Origin: an uncultured delta proteobacterium
Lineage (GTDB): Bacteria; Bdellovibrionota; FAC87; UBA2466
Length of the DNA stretch: 64,000 bases
Assembly (NCBI GenBank): GCA_963778115.1
Contig: CAVZSV010000004.1
Coordinates: 96,001 to 160,000 of the forward strand
Direction: 5' to 3'
Below, piece after piece: positions 28,745-38,569 of the stretch (position 1 is its first letter; every line of letters starts with the position of its first letter). The translations under genes and the position numbers were made by a program. The notes below the pieces were generated by a model. It was not told the origin of the DNA. It ran no database searches and saw only the letters and a program-made list of their open reading frames with translations.

Positions 28745-29803
28745 TTAAGACTTGGTCGCTTGAATGGGTCTTAAGGAGATAAGAATCCATCCGAAAAGAA
28801 GGATTCCCATGAGACTATATTCTAAGTCTCCGAGCTTCCAGTAGTCACTTCCCTCAACCCTGCTAGACACTATCATTTGATATACCAACACGCCGATATA
28901 ACTGACCGAGACGACAGCGAGAGCTTTATCGGTCCACGATCGTTTTAAATAGAGTAGGCCGCAAGCGGCCACGGCTAAGAGCCATCCCCATTCATGAACG
29001 ATATGAATAGGCCCATCGCCTTTTTCCAAAAGAGAGTCGGCAACCGGAATCAGGTAATGCGTAATAATAACGTAGACGAGAAAGCTTACGACACCCCAGA
29101 AGAAATTTTCTTTGGAGTGGTTTCGGTGAGGAGCCGACTCCGGCCCTAACAAGAAAAAACCGCAGAAAAGGCCCAACACGGGGAAGAGCTGGCGTAGGAC
29201 ATAAAAACTAGCCCCTTCGGCCATGTACTGGCCCACCGTGGGAAGGGTTCCTAGTACATCGTTCAACAGGAAAAAAGAGAAAAAGGTGGAAATAGCTAGT
29301 AGAAAACTAAACGCTCGAGGGATTCGACACCTGTCGTAAACCAAAGAAGCGAGCACACACCCCGGAATGGCAACGAGCATGACTTCGTTAAAATCCATGA
29401 TCTCTTTAAAGCCACCTCGGTAAAACCCAAAAGCGACAATAGGGGCTGTCGTCAGTGCCGAAAAAGTAACGACTCTCCAGAATTTTAGTTTCCATTTGTC
29501 GATTTGCGGTAAGGCCATTAGCGAAATGGGTAGGGCAAGAACCGCATGGATGGCGCCCCAATAGAAGAAAAAACTAAGGACCAGGGAGAGCAACGTCTTT
29601 TCCCAGCCATGAGAGGAGGAAGCAAGAAAGGTAAAGTGGCAAAGGCCCGCCGCCCAAGCCACCGGCAGATATGCCATGACCAAAAAAAAGCTAATCGCCC
29701 AATCCCTCCAAGGCACCGGAGGGGAGATAAGAATGTCGTCATCGGAGAATTGGGAATCGTCGTTATTATCGCGAGTAGACGAAAGCCTAAGTTTTTTTAA
29801 CAT
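28745..29803 (-). CDS. Hypothetical polytopic membrane protein
   Basis: 352-aa ORF with about 9-10 hydrophobic segments. Confidence 0.65.
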   Translation of the reverse strand: MLKKLRLSSTRDNNDDSQFSDDDILISPPVPWRDWAISFFLVMAYLPVAWAAGLCHFTFLASSSHGWEKTLLSLVLSFFFYWGAIHAVLALPISLMALPQIDKWKLKFWRVVTFSALTTAPIVAFGFYRGGFKEIMDFNEVMLVAIPGCVLASLVYDRCRIPRAFSFLLAISTFFSFFLLNDVLGTLPTVGQYMAEGASFYVLRQLFPVLGLFCGFFLLGPESAPHRNHSKENFFWGVVSFLVYVIITHYLIPVADSLLEKGDGPIHIVHEWGWLLAVAACGLLYLKRSWTDKALAVVSVSYIGVLVYQMIVSSRVEGSDYWKLGDLEYSLMGILLFGWILISLRPIQATKS

Positions 29804-29875
29804 AGTTTACTAAGTATATTGAAGATGACCGTGATCTCGATATGTTTTTGTTGCTGGAGTTCTAACGCTACCGGT

Positions 29876-30418
29876 CTAGTTTCCGGCTATGGCGGTCAGG
29901 TTGTTGGGAAGCCTGGGATCCTGCTCTAGATTACATTCAATGGGAGTGTTATCGGTAATCGAAACAGAAGTTCTTGAGCCATAGTTTGCGATCTGGAGGT
30001 CTTTGCAACTTACCAAGACCGTCAATTTGGCGCCCACTAGTTCGGTCGTAACGTCGCAGGAGGTGGGTGCCGTTTCACTGTTGATGTTCTCCCATACCCT
30101 TCCCTCTCTATCGTAAAACTTAACTGAACCCACCGTAGGATGATCGACGGTCATATGAAGAGACGGGGAGCGTGCATTCTCCGCAATAGAGCGAAAGTTA
30201 TTGATCTGTAGTGACAGGTATCCCAAACGTTTGTTGTCAGCATCGCCGACTCTAACCTTGAGATCGGCGCCCAAAAAATTACAGATCGCGGAATCGACCA
30301 CGTAAGGGATCTGCCTTCCCATTTCGATGACAATGTTCTGGGCTATTAAAGAAGACGGCAGCAAGGCCACGAGCGAACCTAAGAGCACCACAAAAAACCG
30401 CAATACGCCCCTACTCAT
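29876..30418 (-). CDS. Hypothetical secreted beta-rich protein
   Basis: ATG after GAGG; signal peptide; 4 Cys. Confidence 0.6.
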   Translation of the reverse strand: MSRGVLRFFVVLLGSLVALLPSSLIAQNIVIEMGRQIPYVVDSAICNFLGADLKVRVGDADNKRLGYLSLQINNFRSIAENARSPSLHMTVDHPTVGSVKFYDREGRVWENINSETAPTSCDVTTELVGAKLTVLVSCKDLQIANYGSRTSVSITDNTPIECNLEQDPRLPNNLTAIAGN

Positions 30419-30631
30419 TGGATCCCTCAAATGCAAAAGAAGACTCTTAAAGTGGGGGGAATATACCTCAAATAACGCGACATGTCAAAGTCGGTACCGA
30501 GCGGCTCCCCCCTTCTACTTCCCCCCGTAAAAGCCCTGTCTAGTGTTTAGTAAGTAGACAATAGACTAGGCAATAACAGTCACCTTTTAAACTATAACGT
30601 TGAAATCATTGTATTTTCAGGTGTCTTAAAC

Positions 30632-30647
30632 CGGAACACCCCTTGCA
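30632..30647 (+). promoter_or_regulatory. Sigma-54-type promoter
   Basis: CGGAACACCCCTTGCA (GG-N10-GC) ~37 nt before ATG 30684; AT-rich IHF-like tract upstream. Confidence 0.55.
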
Positions 30648-30683
30648 CTACACACAAAGTGGGCGGCAGGACGTGGGATAAAA

Positions 30684-32939
30684 ATGCAGTGGGTGTCTAA
30701 CATTAACAAAGCGGTAGCGGCTTCACTTGTACTGGTGATGGCCCTAACCCTGTCGGGTAGGCCGAGCTTTGCCGCGGAGGAAGACTCCCACGGCAGCGGC
30801 GTTATCGCTCCTGGGATCTCAAAAGACGATGTCGCCAACACGGTGGACTCCTCTTGGGATGACAACTGGAAGATTTGGAACGCGCTAAGTAACCCTTTTA
30901 CGTTCATGCTCTATGCCGGATGGACGATGAATGCTTTCTACGGCCTTAAATTTATCAATTCCGTTGCCACTCCCGAGGAACTTCTCGTTCGTCGCGATAG
31001 AAAGAAACTCCTTGAAACAGAACTCGAGGACAAACTCATTCAATATCGCTTAAGAGAGCTCGAGGCCCAATCCCCTGGATTCGTGGACCGTCTTTCTAAC
31101 TTACGACATGAAATCGACTTCAGGAATAAGACCATCGATGGACTCGAAAAAGAACTAGCCAGGATCACTAACCATGCCCACACCACGGGACAGAAAAATC
31201 CCATGGAACCCCATCTTCGAAATACGATAGCCCAACAGAAGCAAGCCCTGGTGAAACTAGAGGCCGAGAATGGGCGAATCAAGCGACTCATTGAAGACGA
31301 GCCCACCGGTTTCTTTAAGGCTAGAAATCACATCAATGCGCTGGAGAAATTAGACAAAGCGATGGACACCTTGATGAAAGAGGCCGTCGATCAGAGCAAT
31401 CGGTTCGGGAGCTCGAGCGTCAATGATCGAGCTGCACTTTTCGAAGGCGTCAACGCTTGGAATCGTGGAGAAGGCTTACGAAAATTTTCGACGTGGCTCA
31501 ATTCGACGTCAGGCCAAAAATTTCTGAAAGCGCAAACGATGACTTATCGCGACGGCCGGACGGAAACGCGAAGAAATGCCGAGGGCAAGACCTGGAAAGA
31601 ACGTTACGACTCGACTATCCAACAAGCGGAAGAACACGCTCGCAAAGTCGTAAGTATCTATAATCCTGTGGCCGAAAAACACAATCTGCATTATCCCGAT
31701 AAGAAAGTTGATTTTCTTGAAGTGCTCGATGGCAACCATGGCACTAACTTCAAGCGATTCGCCTTAGTGAGTGAAATCAGCGATACGCCGCAGAAGAAAA
31801 TGGTGGCGGAGAAGTTAGGACGGGGAAACGGTGAGATAGAACTAACGAAGACGATTAACTTGGGCCAAGTGCTTCCTCAATTTAATCTGGCTTGCGATGA
31901 AGCGCTAAAAGCGATGTACGATGAAGCCGTCCATCTCGATAAGCTGGCACGTCAGACTTGGTATCGAAACCCTCTTATTCACGCTTCTTTGATGGGAGCC
32001 GGAATGGGAATTACGGGGGCTGCTAACATTTGGTACCACTCAACGCATGGCAAGAGCTTGGCCGACGCGCGCACGGAAATCAAAGACAAGGATGACGAGC
32101 TAAGAAACGCCGCCAAAGAACTTCCTGGATTATTAGAAAAAGAGGAACAGGGGCTAAACCGGTTTGGGCCGTTCTATAAAATAGCAACCGATCTTATCCG
32201 CGAACATCGTACTGAAATCGTGGACAATATAAAGGACCGATTCAAAGGCCGGGACAACGAGAAGAAGAAGTTAAAGCAGATCCATAGCGATGCTCAAAAC
32301 TTCAATCCGCCCCCCGTCGACGCGGACGGAAAGCCCATCGGCAAAGACATCGTCAAAGATAGTGTGAAAAACGCTCTCTATGAGCAGTTCAAAACTCAAA
32401 AATCGGTGGAAGGAATCATCGCCGCTATCTATTCCAAGAATCTGGGCGACCAAAGTAGCACTCTGCCCACTTACTTGAAGCAGTTTTACTATAAAGCGCT
32501 ATCGAGCTTATTCCCCTTGATTTACAACCCTCAGAACGGTGGGCTGCCCATCGACGACGACATTATTAATGATCTGGTTCTTGAGACCATTGAGCGGTTG
32601 CAGCCCCACGACAACGTGCAGGTGATTCCAGGACCGACGATTCCGGGGTTTAAGGCTCCAGACCAAACCCCAGTAAAAAAGGCGGTCGACCTAACAGCAC
32701 CGAAGGATACCACGAGCGATGCGACTCCCCCGGCGTCACAACCCACAGCGGATGCTCCCCTTCTTCCGCCGGCCCCGGGAACGCCGGTCTCTTTGGATAG
32801 CAATGCGACACCTTCGGTAAATGCCTCGGCATTCATCTCACCGCCGACTGCGTCAGAGCAGTTTAGATCTTCAATGGGAGACGTGCCGATAGGGGTTGTG
32901 CAGCCCCTCGCCCCCAAATTTGCCGGCAGCTCCCAATAA
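30684..32939 (+). CDS. Hypothetical exported or membrane coiled-coil protein with Pro-rich C-terminus
   Basis: 751-aa ORF; signal peptide; two internal hydrophobic segments; coiled coils. Confidence 0.65.
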   Translation: MQWVSNINKAVAASLVLVMALTLSGRPSFAAEEDSHGSGVIAPGISKDDVANTVDSSWDDNWKIWNALSNPFTFMLYAGWTMNAFYGLKFINSVATPEELLVRRDRKKLLETELEDKLIQYRLRELEAQSPGFVDRLSNLRHEIDFRNKTIDGLEKELARITNHAHTTGQKNPMEPHLRNTIAQQKQALVKLEAENGRIKRLIEDEPTGFFKARNHINALEKLDKAMDTLMKEAVDQSNRFGSSSVNDRAALFEGVNAWNRGEGLRKFSTWLNSTSGQKFLKAQTMTYRDGRTETRRNAEGKTWKERYDSTIQQAEEHARKVVSIYNPVAEKHNLHYPDKKVDFLEVLDGNHGTNFKRFALVSEISDTPQKKMVAEKLGRGNGEIELTKTINLGQVLPQFNLACDEALKAMYDEAVHLDKLARQTWYRNPLIHASLMGAGMGITGAANIWYHSTHGKSLADARTEIKDKDDELRNAAKELPGLLEKEEQGLNRFGPFYKIATDLIREHRTEIVDNIKDRFKGRDNEKKKLKQIHSDAQNFNPPPVDADGKPIGKDIVKDSVKNALYEQFKTQKSVEGIIAAIYSKNLGDQSSTLPTYLKQFYYKALSSLFPLIYNPQNGGLPIDDDIINDLVLETIERLQPHDNVQVIPGPTIPGFKAPDQTPVKKAVDLTAPKDTTSDATPPASQPTADAPLLPPAPGTPVSLDSNATPSVNASAFISPPTASEQFRSSMGDVPIGVVQPLAPKFAGSSQ

Positions 32940-32981
32940 ATCGACATACGTTTAATAAAACGGGTAAACGCGACTTAGGCG

Positions 32982-33138
32982 TAGTTCACAAACTATCAAC
33001 AACCTGTGGATGAATGATCTATGTCGTTCTTATTGTTAGAAATAGTTTTGTTTTTCATTTGTTCCATATGGAGCAAGAGGAATTTAAGGATGCTCCGTAT
33101 TATGTGAAGTGTCTTCAATGGGTTACCACTGTGGATCG
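32982..33138. promoter_or_regulatory. Degenerate DnaA-box cluster and AT-rich tract upstream of the dnaA-like gene
   Basis: TAGTTCACA 32982, CTATCAACA 32993, TGTGGATGA 33005, TGTGGATCG 33130 (1-2 mismatches each to TTWTNCACA). Confidence 0.5.
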
Positions 33139-33190
33139 TTCTAGTCGGATCGGCGCAGAATTCGGATAAGGGCAGCTTTGCGCGCTGGGC

Positions 33191-34648
33191 ATGTCACTCG
33201 CTATAAAGAAGTTTTTGTATTCTATGCCCCAGCTTGATTGGAATGCCACGATAAACGCAATTCGGGAGTCTTTGCCTCAAACGCAATTCCAGAATTGGCT
33301 GAAACCTTTGACACTCGTCCGCTATGACGACACGTCTGCGGTCATTGGTGTGCCCAGTCGTTTCCACGAAGAGTGGGTAAAGAGCCACTATTCCCATCAG
33401 CTCTCCAAAGCCATTCAAGCTCAATGCGGGTCGGAACTTCAGTTGGAATTTGAAGTTCTTGTGATGGATGAAAATTTAGAAGCTTCTCTCTCAGCTCCTC
33501 CGACGACGGGAAGGCCCGCGTTACGAATCGTCGATAACCGCATCCACCAAGGAGAGCAGGGGCCCGAGAGGCAAGAAGAAAATTTACAGCGAGAGCCTTT
33601 AAGGCTTGAGCCCAATGTTCCGTCTTTCTCCCACCCGTTTTTCGAATTCGGTTTCAATCATCTGGCCTATCAGTGCGTTCAACTCCTCGTAGAAGGTAGC
33701 GTTCCGCTCAATCCCCTCGTCATTCAAGCTGGGGTGGGGATGGGTAAAACGCACCTGTTATCGGAGATCGCAAGACGTCTCAATGCCATTAACCCAGGGC
33801 TTAGGATTCGTTACACGAGTGCCGAACCCTTTACCGCTGAAATGGTAAATTCGTTTAAGACCAATACTAGCGTCGAATTCAAACGAAAATACCGCGAAGA
33901 GACTGACGTTCTTCTCTTCGATGACCTCCCCGGTCTAAGCCGCAGAATCCGCACTCAAGAGGAGCTGGTGTATTGCTTCAATGAAATCATCGGCCGTGGG
34001 GGACGGGTGGTTTTCACTAGCACTATCGCTCCGCAACGTTTCGAAGACTTCATTGACCCACTGCAATCGCGAGTGAATGCCGGAGTCTTGGCCGAAGTGA
34101 AGTTCCCCACCTTTGAGGAACGGGTGCAGATCCTCAACAAGATGGCCGAGCATAACCGGATGATAGTCGAGCCCACTATCTTGAACTCGCTGGCGGATAA
34201 GGGACAAAAGGACATCCGAGAGCTCATTGGAACTCTGCTCCGGGTTCATCTGCAGGCCAAACTTGAAAACAAACCTCTCGACACCGATTTCTTGACTCGC
34301 GAGGGTTGGGCGGTCGAGGCCAAGCGAGAGTCCATTACGATGGATGAAATCATTGGCCTAGTCGAACACAATTATGGCGTTTCTCGGATGGAGTTCACGT
34401 CCAAGTCGCGAAAGAGCGAGACCGTCTGGGCGCGGCAAGTTGCGATGTACCTGGCACGGCACTACACTTTGCTCCCGCTGGAAGAGATTGGAAAATCGTT
34501 TGGCCGAGACCACGCCACCGTGATACATGCGTTCCAGAAAGTGACGGAGACGATGGAATCGCACCCGACCCGACGATATGAAGTCGAGTTCTTGAAGCAA
34601 AAGCTTCAGTCCCGCTCTCCAAGAAACGAAGATGTACCTCTTTTATAG
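33191..34648 (+). CDS. dnaA: DnaA-family replication initiator, divergent and possibly a paralog (alternative start 33224)
   Basis: Domain I WLKPL; Walker A GVGMGKTHLL; Walker B LLFDD; RTQEE; IREL; domain IV RQVAMYL...IGKSFGRDHATVIHA. Confidence 0.9.
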   Translation: MSLAIKKFLYSMPQLDWNATINAIRESLPQTQFQNWLKPLTLVRYDDTSAVIGVPSRFHEEWVKSHYSHQLSKAIQAQCGSELQLEFEVLVMDENLEASLSAPPTTGRPALRIVDNRIHQGEQGPERQEENLQREPLRLEPNVPSFSHPFFEFGFNHLAYQCVQLLVEGSVPLNPLVIQAGVGMGKTHLLSEIARRLNAINPGLRIRYTSAEPFTAEMVNSFKTNTSVEFKRKYREETDVLLFDDLPGLSRRIRTQEELVYCFNEIIGRGGRVVFTSTIAPQRFEDFIDPLQSRVNAGVLAEVKFPTFEERVQILNKMAEHNRMIVEPTILNSLADKGQKDIRELIGTLLRVHLQAKLENKPLDTDFLTREGWAVEAKRESITMDEIIGLVEHNYGVSRMEFTSKSRKSETVWARQVAMYLARHYTLLPLEEIGKSFGRDHATVIHAFQKVTETMESHPTRRYEVEFLKQKLQSRSPRNEDVPLL

Positions 34649-35063
34649 AATCGTCCTGGCCGTTCACATTATCGCCGTAATCTCCTGGATGGCGGGCCTT
34701 CTTTATATCTTTCGCCTCTATGTCTACCACGCCATGGAGACTGAAATCGTGGTTAAGGAACGCTTCAAAGTGATGGAACGCAAACTCTTTAATATCATCA
34801 CGCTGCCCGCGAGCCTGGTTGCTCTGCTAATGGGGGTTCTGATGCTGGGACTAAACCCGGAACTTCTTCACGCCCATTGGATGCACGCGAAACTTTTCTT
34901 TGTCGTTCTGCTGTTGGGGGTCACCCATTACGCGGGAGCTCTGCTGCGGGAGTTTAGAGACGGGAAAGTGACGCGGAGTCATAAGTTTTTTAGGGTGATG
35001 AATGAGGTACCGACGCTACTGATGATCATTATCGTGGTTTTGGTGATTGTACGGCCGTTTTAA
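34632..35063 (+). CDS. hemJ: Protoporphyrinogen oxidase HemJ
   Basis: HIIAVISWMAGLLY, YVYH, MERKL, WMHAKL, RVMNEVPT, RPF. Confidence 0.93.
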   Translation: MYLFYRIVLAVHIIAVISWMAGLLYIFRLYVYHAMETEIVVKERFKVMERKLFNIITLPASLVALLMGVLMLGLNPELLHAHWMHAKLFFVVLLLGVTHYAGALLREFRDGKVTRSHKFFRVMNEVPTLLMIIIVVLVIVRPF

Positions 35064-35073
35064 GATCCTTTTC

Positions 35074-35107
35074 TGTCATTACGAGGAGCGAAGCGACGTG
35101 GCAACCC
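35074..35107. repeat. Short intergenic repeat of the GTCATTGCGAGGAGCGAAGCGACGAAGCAATC type
   Basis: TGTCATTACGAGGAGCGAAGCGACGTGGCAACCC; a partial relative CGACGAAGCAATCTC lies at 40345-40359. Confidence 0.5.
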
Positions 35108-35199
35108 GTAACGGTCTTGGCTAAAGTCCTTCCTAGGGCGCCCAAAGTAGCACTTCGTTGGGTTGCTTTTTCCCCCCAAGAAAACCATAATGCCGGCCT

Positions 35200-36510
35200 A
35201 TGGGAGAAAAAATCACCGAAAAGAGCCAAATCGAGCTCGATTTCTTTGCCGCCGTACCGCAACCCGTGACGGCGCCTATCTCCGAAGAAAAGCTCGTCGA
35301 TTGGCGGACGAAGGTCCCCTCGGTCTCCCAAGTCACCCGCCGGATACGGGGCCATATCGAAAATAGTTTTTTCGACGTCTGGGTCAAAGGCGAAATCAGT
35401 AACTTCAAGCGCGCCCCCTCCGGACATGCCTATTTTATTTTGAAAGATGCTACGGCCCAGTTGCGATCGGTCATGTTTCGAAGTCAGCTCTCTAAAATAA
35501 AGTTCGAAATCAAAGATGGTATGGAGATCCTGCTCCACGGAAAGATTACCGTCTATGAAGCGCGTGGCGAGTACCAGATGGATTGCGACACGATGGAGCC
35601 TGTGGGGGTCGGTGCGCTTCAGCTCGCGTTCGAACAGCTCAAACAAAAGCTTTTCAAGGAAGGTCTCTTTGACCCGCAACATAAAAAGAAACTTCCCTTT
35701 CTCCCCAAGCGCATCGGGATCATCACTTCAGCGACCGGAGCTGCCGTAAAAGATATTTTGAAAGTTCTGGTGCGCCGCTATCCCAATAGAGACATTTTGG
35801 TTATCCCGACCAGTGTTCAAGGAGAGAAAGCGACTTCAGAAATTGTAGCAGCTCTACAGACCGCCCAGCGCTGGAACGAAATTAATATAGATAGGGCTCT
35901 CGATGTCATCATCTTAGGCCGTGGCGGGGGCTCTATCGAAGACCTGTGGTGCTTTAATGAAGAAGCGGTTGCTAGAGCGGTCCATCGTTGTACGATTCCT
36001 ATCATCTCGGCCGTGGGGCATGAGATCGATACGACTATCTGCGACTTTGTAGCCGATGTAAGAGCCCCAACCCCTTCGGCTGCCGCAGAAATGGTTATCC
36101 CTACCAAAGACGAGCTTATCCAATTAGTGGAACACCAGACGATTCGTCTGGGGCATCTGATGGAGAGAAGGCTCCAGCAGTTGCGCCTTCATTTGGGCCA
36201 TCTCTCACAACGATTGATGGATCCTAGGCAAAAGATCAAAAAGTTGCACAAAGACTTTGTCGACCTGCAAGCCAGACTTTGGTCCACGCTAAAAACACAG
36301 ATCCTATTTTCTAGAAGGCGAGCCGAAAACGCGATTCAGCTTCTTAACTCACTCTCCCCGCTTCAGGTCATTGGACGAGGCTACTCCTTAACGCAAAGTA
36401 ATAACGGAGCTATCGTGCGTAGTCTAAAAGAGGTGAAACCCGGAGATGTCTTACAAACCCGGGTCGCCGACGGAACCATCCTCTCCCGCGTCGAAAAGCC
36501 CACCGCCTAA
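35200..36510 (+). CDS. xseA: Exodeoxyribonuclease VII large subunit
   Basis: VWVKGEISN, SGHAYF, RGGGSIEDLWCFNEE, SAVGHEID, RAPTPSAAAE, RGYS. Confidence 0.97.
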   Translation: MGEKITEKSQIELDFFAAVPQPVTAPISEEKLVDWRTKVPSVSQVTRRIRGHIENSFFDVWVKGEISNFKRAPSGHAYFILKDATAQLRSVMFRSQLSKIKFEIKDGMEILLHGKITVYEARGEYQMDCDTMEPVGVGALQLAFEQLKQKLFKEGLFDPQHKKKLPFLPKRIGIITSATGAAVKDILKVLVRRYPNRDILVIPTSVQGEKATSEIVAALQTAQRWNEINIDRALDVIILGRGGGSIEDLWCFNEEAVARAVHRCTIPIISAVGHEIDTTICDFVADVRAPTPSAAAEMVIPTKDELIQLVEHQTIRLGHLMERRLQQLRLHLGHLSQRLMDPRQKIKKLHKDFVDLQARLWSTLKTQILFSRRRAENAIQLLNSLSPLQVIGRGYSLTQSNNGAIVRSLKEVKPGDVLQTRVADGTILSRVEKPTA

Positions 36511-36593
36511 AACACCGCGTCATCGATAGGTGTTTGGGATTGCCGACTCAGGGTTTAAAATGGAAAGACACCTGCCTTTTTCGGAAAAACAAC

Positions 36594-37349
36594 ATGAACC
36601 CCTCTCTCACAGCACAGAGCAATCGACTTCCCGCAAGCCATGTCTCGGCTCTGCAAAACATTGAGAACGGCTATTGGTGGTTTGAGGGACGAGTCTTTTG
36701 GGCAAGCCAGATGGCTTGCCTTCAAGTGCAAAGTCCCCAGCCGTATATGGACTTAGGCTGCGGCACGGGCGGCTTTGCCGCGTCTTTCATGAAAAACGTA
36801 CCCGTTACCAAAGCGGCTCTGATCGATGGAGATGACAAGCTTCTTAAGATCGCTAACAAAGTTTCGGGTGCCGAGATTCATCAAATGGATCTCACCAAAC
36901 CCTTTACCCTTCCCTGGACACCCTCAGTCGTAACCTGCATGGACGTCATCGAACATTTACCCAACGATACTTGGTTTCTGACCGAGTTAGGAAAGCAGAT
37001 GCACAAGGATGGGATTTTAATCGTTTCGGTCCCAGCGTTGCCAGCACTTTTTTCGGAATGGGACAGGCAACTGGGCCATTTCCGTCGCTACACGGCACCC
37101 AGCTTACGTAAGGCGATTGTGGATTCGGGATTTGAAATTCTGCGTCTTAATTATTTTTGGTCGTTCCTAACCCCTGCCGCCGTCTGGCGAAAGTTTAGAC
37201 CGGTCGATCCGGAGTCGCTTGAGTTCGATGTGGTAAATGCTTTCACCAACGGGGTTTTAAAAACGCTTTCTCGAATGGAATGGACAGCGGCGAAGTGGAT
37301 TTCGCCGCCGCTAGGAACCTCTTTGATGGCGATGGCGAGAAAAAAATGA
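36594..37349 (+). CDS. Class I SAM-dependent methyltransferase
   Basis: YWWFEGR, DLGCGTG, DVIEHL, VPA...D...GHFRRY; a family often found next to GT2 genes. Confidence 0.9.
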   Translation: MNPSLTAQSNRLPASHVSALQNIENGYWWFEGRVFWASQMACLQVQSPQPYMDLGCGTGGFAASFMKNVPVTKAALIDGDDKLLKIANKVSGAEIHQMDLTKPFTLPWTPSVVTCMDVIEHLPNDTWFLTELGKQMHKDGILIVSVPALPALFSEWDRQLGHFRRYTAPSLRKAIVDSGFEILRLNYFWSFLTPAAVWRKFRPVDPESLEFDVVNAFTNGVLKTLSRMEWTAAKWISPPLGTSLMAMARKK

Positions 37350-38323
37350 AAACTACTCCCAAACCTCATATCGAAATCGTTTTGCCTGTCTTTAACGAAG
37401 TGCAAAATATCCAACCTCTGGTCAAACAACTGGATGCGGTTGCCGTTCAGCTAAAAACATTTGCCACCTTAAGTTATCTTTTTATCAACGACGGTTCGCA
37501 AGACGGTTCGGCGGAACTTCTCTATCGAATGTACCGCGAACGCGATGATATTCGCGTCGTCCACTTAGTCCATAACTTTGGTCATGCTTCGGCACTCACC
37601 GCAGGACTCGACCACTTCGAAGGCGATATCGCGGTATTCATGGACGCCGATCTGCAAGACGCTCCCACGGCACTCATGGACATGTTCTTACAGTGGCAAA
37701 AGGGGAAAAAGACGGTAGTCGCCGAGAGAGGCGAACGCAAAGAAAAGAATAAAGTTCTCTTTAAACTTTTCTACTTTCTGCTCCACCAATCAGCTAGGAC
37801 TCTTCCCCCCATCAATTTTGGAACCCACTGCCTCTTAGACAAATCGGTGATTGCTCGAATGCGTCAGCTAAAAGAGCGTAACCGCTATTTCCCGGGTTTG
37901 GTTAGCTTTAGTTCTGGAGAAATCACTCCTATTGAAATCGATAGAGGAGCCCGGCAACACGGCAAATCTCGCGTGGGTTTGGCGGGGCTGATTAACTTAG
38001 CCCTGACGGCGTTAGTCAGCTTTTCCAGTGCCCCCGTGAAAATGGTCTCCTTCTTGGGCATCATGGCCTCGGGTGGCTCTTTGATGGCAGGCGTAGTCTT
38101 CGTCGGCATCCGTATCTTTACGACCCGAGCCATCCCCGGTTGGGCCTCTATGATGACGGCCATGGCCTTTGGCTTTGGCCTGCAATTACTCTGCTTAGGT
38201 ATTATCGGAGAGTACATCGCCCGCATCTATGACGAGGTCAAACAACGCCCCCTCTATCTAGTAGATAAAATCCTGACCAAGCGAGCAACCGGCCAGAAAA
38301 AGCCCGCCTCCGAAGTCGCCTAA
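37346..38323 (+). CDS. GT2 polyprenol-phosphate glycosyltransferase (GtrB/ArnC-like)
   Basis: PVFNE, NDGSQDGS, NFGH, MDADLQD, two C-terminal TMs, GEYIARIYDEVKQRPLY. Confidence 0.93.
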   Translation: MKTTPKPHIEIVLPVFNEVQNIQPLVKQLDAVAVQLKTFATLSYLFINDGSQDGSAELLYRMYRERDDIRVVHLVHNFGHASALTAGLDHFEGDIAVFMDADLQDAPTALMDMFLQWQKGKKTVVAERGERKEKNKVLFKLFYFLLHQSARTLPPINFGTHCLLDKSVIARMRQLKERNRYFPGLVSFSSGEITPIEIDRGARQHGKSRVGLAGLINLALTALVSFSSAPVKMVSFLGIMASGGSLMAGVVFVGIRIFTTRAIPGWASMMTAMAFGFGLQLLCLGIIGEYIARIYDEVKQRPLYLVDKILTKRATGQKKPASEVA

Positions 38324-38371
38324 ATCGGCTCGACAAATAACCAAGGCTACGCTAGAAAGTTGTAATCTTTC

Positions 38372-38444
38372 GCTGACGTAGCTCAGTCGGTAGAGCAGCT
38401 CATTCGTAATGAGCAGGTCACCGGTTCAAGTCCGGTCGTCAGCT
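38372..38444 (+). tRNA. tRNA-Thr(CGT); CCA not encoded
   Basis: Acceptor GCTGACG/CGTCAGC, D arm AGCTCAGTCGGTAGAGC, anticodon loop TTCGTAA, T loop GGTTCAAGTCC. Confidence 0.97.
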
Positions 38445-38569
38445 AAATTTTCTGCCCCCGTAAGAGAGTCCTTCCGCCAGAAGCTCATAATAAGAAGCTA
38501 ATAAAAAGTATCCCGAATTGACTCGCCTTCACCCAATTTGCTACAGACAAGACCCGAAGGGAGAACCGA

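Noticed and set aside
35029..35682. Long antisense ORFs (this 217-aa one, 62188..62781 and many shorter ones)
   Set aside because: They are shadows of well-conserved genes on the opposite strand and carry no motifs of their own.
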